This document shows positions 62,000 through 64,000 of a stretch of 64,000 bases of DNA, piece after piece. The notes under the pieces were generated by a model, which was given only the letters and a program-made list of their open reading frames with translations, had not been told where the DNA came from and searched no databases. The stretch's first letter is position 1. Each line of letters opens with the position of its first letter. Source of the DNA: Microthyrium microscopicum (Eukaryota); the NCBI GenBank assembly GCA_010405405.1, contig MU004242.1:717751-781750 (forward strand). The letters are read 5' to 3'. The position numbers were made by a program, and so were the translations under genes.

Positions 62000-63390
62000 A
62001 TGGTTTCTGATGCGGGAAAGCACCAATCGCAGAAGCACAAACCAAAACGCAAGATCTCAGAGCTAGATGAAGCCGCAGCAAGGGTGAGCCAATCACACTT
62101 TGAAATGAGAAAGATACTAATGTTCTTTCCAGCGAAGACGAACTCAAACATGCGAAGCTCAACGCGCTTTCAGAAAACGCAACAAGGAAACCATAACATC
62201 ACTGACACTGCAAAATTCTGATCTTCAAAAGACAATTGAAGACTTGAGCGCCTGCTTTCTTAGCTTTACGGATGATTTAGTTGCCTCAGGATGGCTGGAG
62301 CAAGATCGCATAGTGGCGAAGAAACTGCAAGCAACGATTGAGCAATTCATTGCTATTACGAGGGCATCTCAATCTCCGATCACAGAGAATCCAGCAGGTG
62401 ATGAACATTTCGAATCCCCAGGGACAACGGACTCGTCACCGGCAGAGTTCATTCAAGATTTGGCCACACCATCCCCTCTTAAAGAGCCGCTTCCCACCGC
62501 GACTGGCATCGATATGAGTTCAACTCAGATGATACTTCCAAACCCACAGGAGACCTTAAGCCGCAAATATACAACCTCAACCACCGAATCAAGAAACATG
62601 CTCACTCAGACGTTACCAAGAGCCACGATATTCTCTTCACTCAACGTACCACCAAGCCCGCAAAGTTATCCCCGTGGCCCTATGCCAACTCACAATCCGC
62701 TACTAGACTATCTCCCGCGCATCCCTCGATCAATCAACTTCTTCAAACCCAGCTTCGCCCAAAAGCTACAGCTAGAAGCCATACGTGCCGGCCTACGACT
62801 CGTCAGTACAGCAGAAGACAACTCTTCCCTCTTCTACCGAACGTTTAACCGAATCCTAGACCTCCCTACGCGGGAGACCTTCCGTTCACGACTCTATCAA
62901 GCTTTGGACGATAACAAATCGCTTCATCCACCGCCTGAAAATGCCTCATGGTCAGAGTCAGAATCGTTCGCATGGTTGAATGCTTCGGATGTAGCCCGGC
63001 ACTTTCGCTCGATTGGCATAGATATTGACTCGTCGCTGGATATCGTTGAGATGGTCCAGATGGAATCGGGCTACTGGCAGGGATTTGCTACTTTCTCTGG
63101 AAATGAACAACCATACGACATGAGAGCTTTATATCATGCGAATGAACTGGATGAATATGCCATAAATCCTGCTTATAACAATAATGGAGGCTACACAGGG
63201 TCTTCTGTGACTGTCGATTTGTCCAAGTTGATACATGGTGAGTATTTTTTGTTGTTCAATAGTCAATAGTCAAGATTTGGCTAATGCAAAATCCGAAGAA
63301 ATTATACAAAGGACACGATGTCATGCCGAGTATCCAACGTTCAATAGGCATGATCTTAATGCTGCGCTCACGAGAGCCATGGTTGCATAA
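62000..63390 (+). CDS. bZIP transcription factor (Yap-like basic region), 3 exons
   Basis: Intron 62084-62132 joins ..EAAAR|RRRTQTCEAQRAFRKRNKETITSLTLQNSDLQKTIEDL (basic region plus zipper). A second intron (GTGAGT at about 63238) gives a last exon EIIQRTRCH..AALTRAMVA*. Confidence 0.8.
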
Positions 63391-63927
63391 ACAAAGAATA
63401 ATCCAACCATCTCGCTGAATGGACGGCCATTGCACTGCCATTGTTATTATGGAATCTTTAGATACCGCCAGTAATGTGGAGTGGGTGCTGGTATCATGTA
63501 ATGCAGGAATATCCAATAACCCGAGAATCAGATTTTAAGCCGGCGCATTGGGCACTGGGAGTGTTGGAACGCTACAGGTAGCTTTTAAACAGAGTAGGCC
63601 ATTCTGAGGAAATAGTCTCTGACGTGCACACTAAACAGACTTGAGTTGTATAGATGGTCTTTCAATTTCGGAAGTTCCGCTACAATTCTCAAGGACCAAC
63701 GAGCCCTCATAACACAGCAAAATCGGACTATAAGATAGATGATAGAAAACTTTTAATATACATAGACCACGTCAAAGACGAATCACAGCTCAGCAAATTT
63801 TTGTTAAACTACGACTTAAGGCACTCTTAAATACTAATCAGCTCCCGACCGCAGTAGCATCTTCAACAACGTAGTTCACCACCATTCTTTTATACACCAC
63901 TTAGCAAGATCGCAGCTCAACATCAAC

Positions 63928-64000
63928 ATGCTATCCTTTCCTCTCACCCTACTCGCGTTAGCCAGCCAGGCTCTCGCAGCTTGCGACCGCGCCCAACTCC
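63928..64000 (+). CDS. Start of a secreted protein (truncated by window end)
   Basis: CAACATG context, then MLSFPLTLLALASQALAACDRAQL, a signal peptide. Confidence 0.6.
   Translation, partial: MLSFPLTLLALASQALAACDRAQL

Overview
This is a gene-dense window from a filamentous ascomycete (Pezizomycotina-type GT-AG introns of about 50 nt with CTRAC-like branch sites). It holds about 26 protein-coding genes: GH12, two F-box-like proteins, flotillin, two MFS transporters, SDR, an HsbA-like GPI protein, a 2OG-Fe(II) oxygenase, PYM, QCR9, UBR1, a dynamin/Mx-like GTPase, UTP18, INP1-like, VID27, an APH-like kinase, a bZIP factor and several unknowns. It also holds one complete, heavily RIP-mutated 7.4-kb Ty1/Copia LTR retrotransposon (6316-13725, minus strand). 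The most striking unexplained structure is a family of unusually long (178-305 nt) sequence-related introns in four unrelated genes. All are built from a ~54-bp unit (CCCATCGCAYTCGATGGCTACCAT...GCGCT...TCGAGTGCTWTWWT), arranged either in tandem or as long fold-back hairpins. Two members sit back-to-back with a zero-length exon (AG|GTAAGC at 58336/58337), and two others are alignable almost end to end. This looks like a proliferating introner-like intron family. Also notable are a head-to-head pair of intronless paralogous secreted proteins next to the dynamin-like gene, and a divergent bZIP/MFS module with clustered Yap-type sites. All calls come from reading the sequence by eye; no searches were run.
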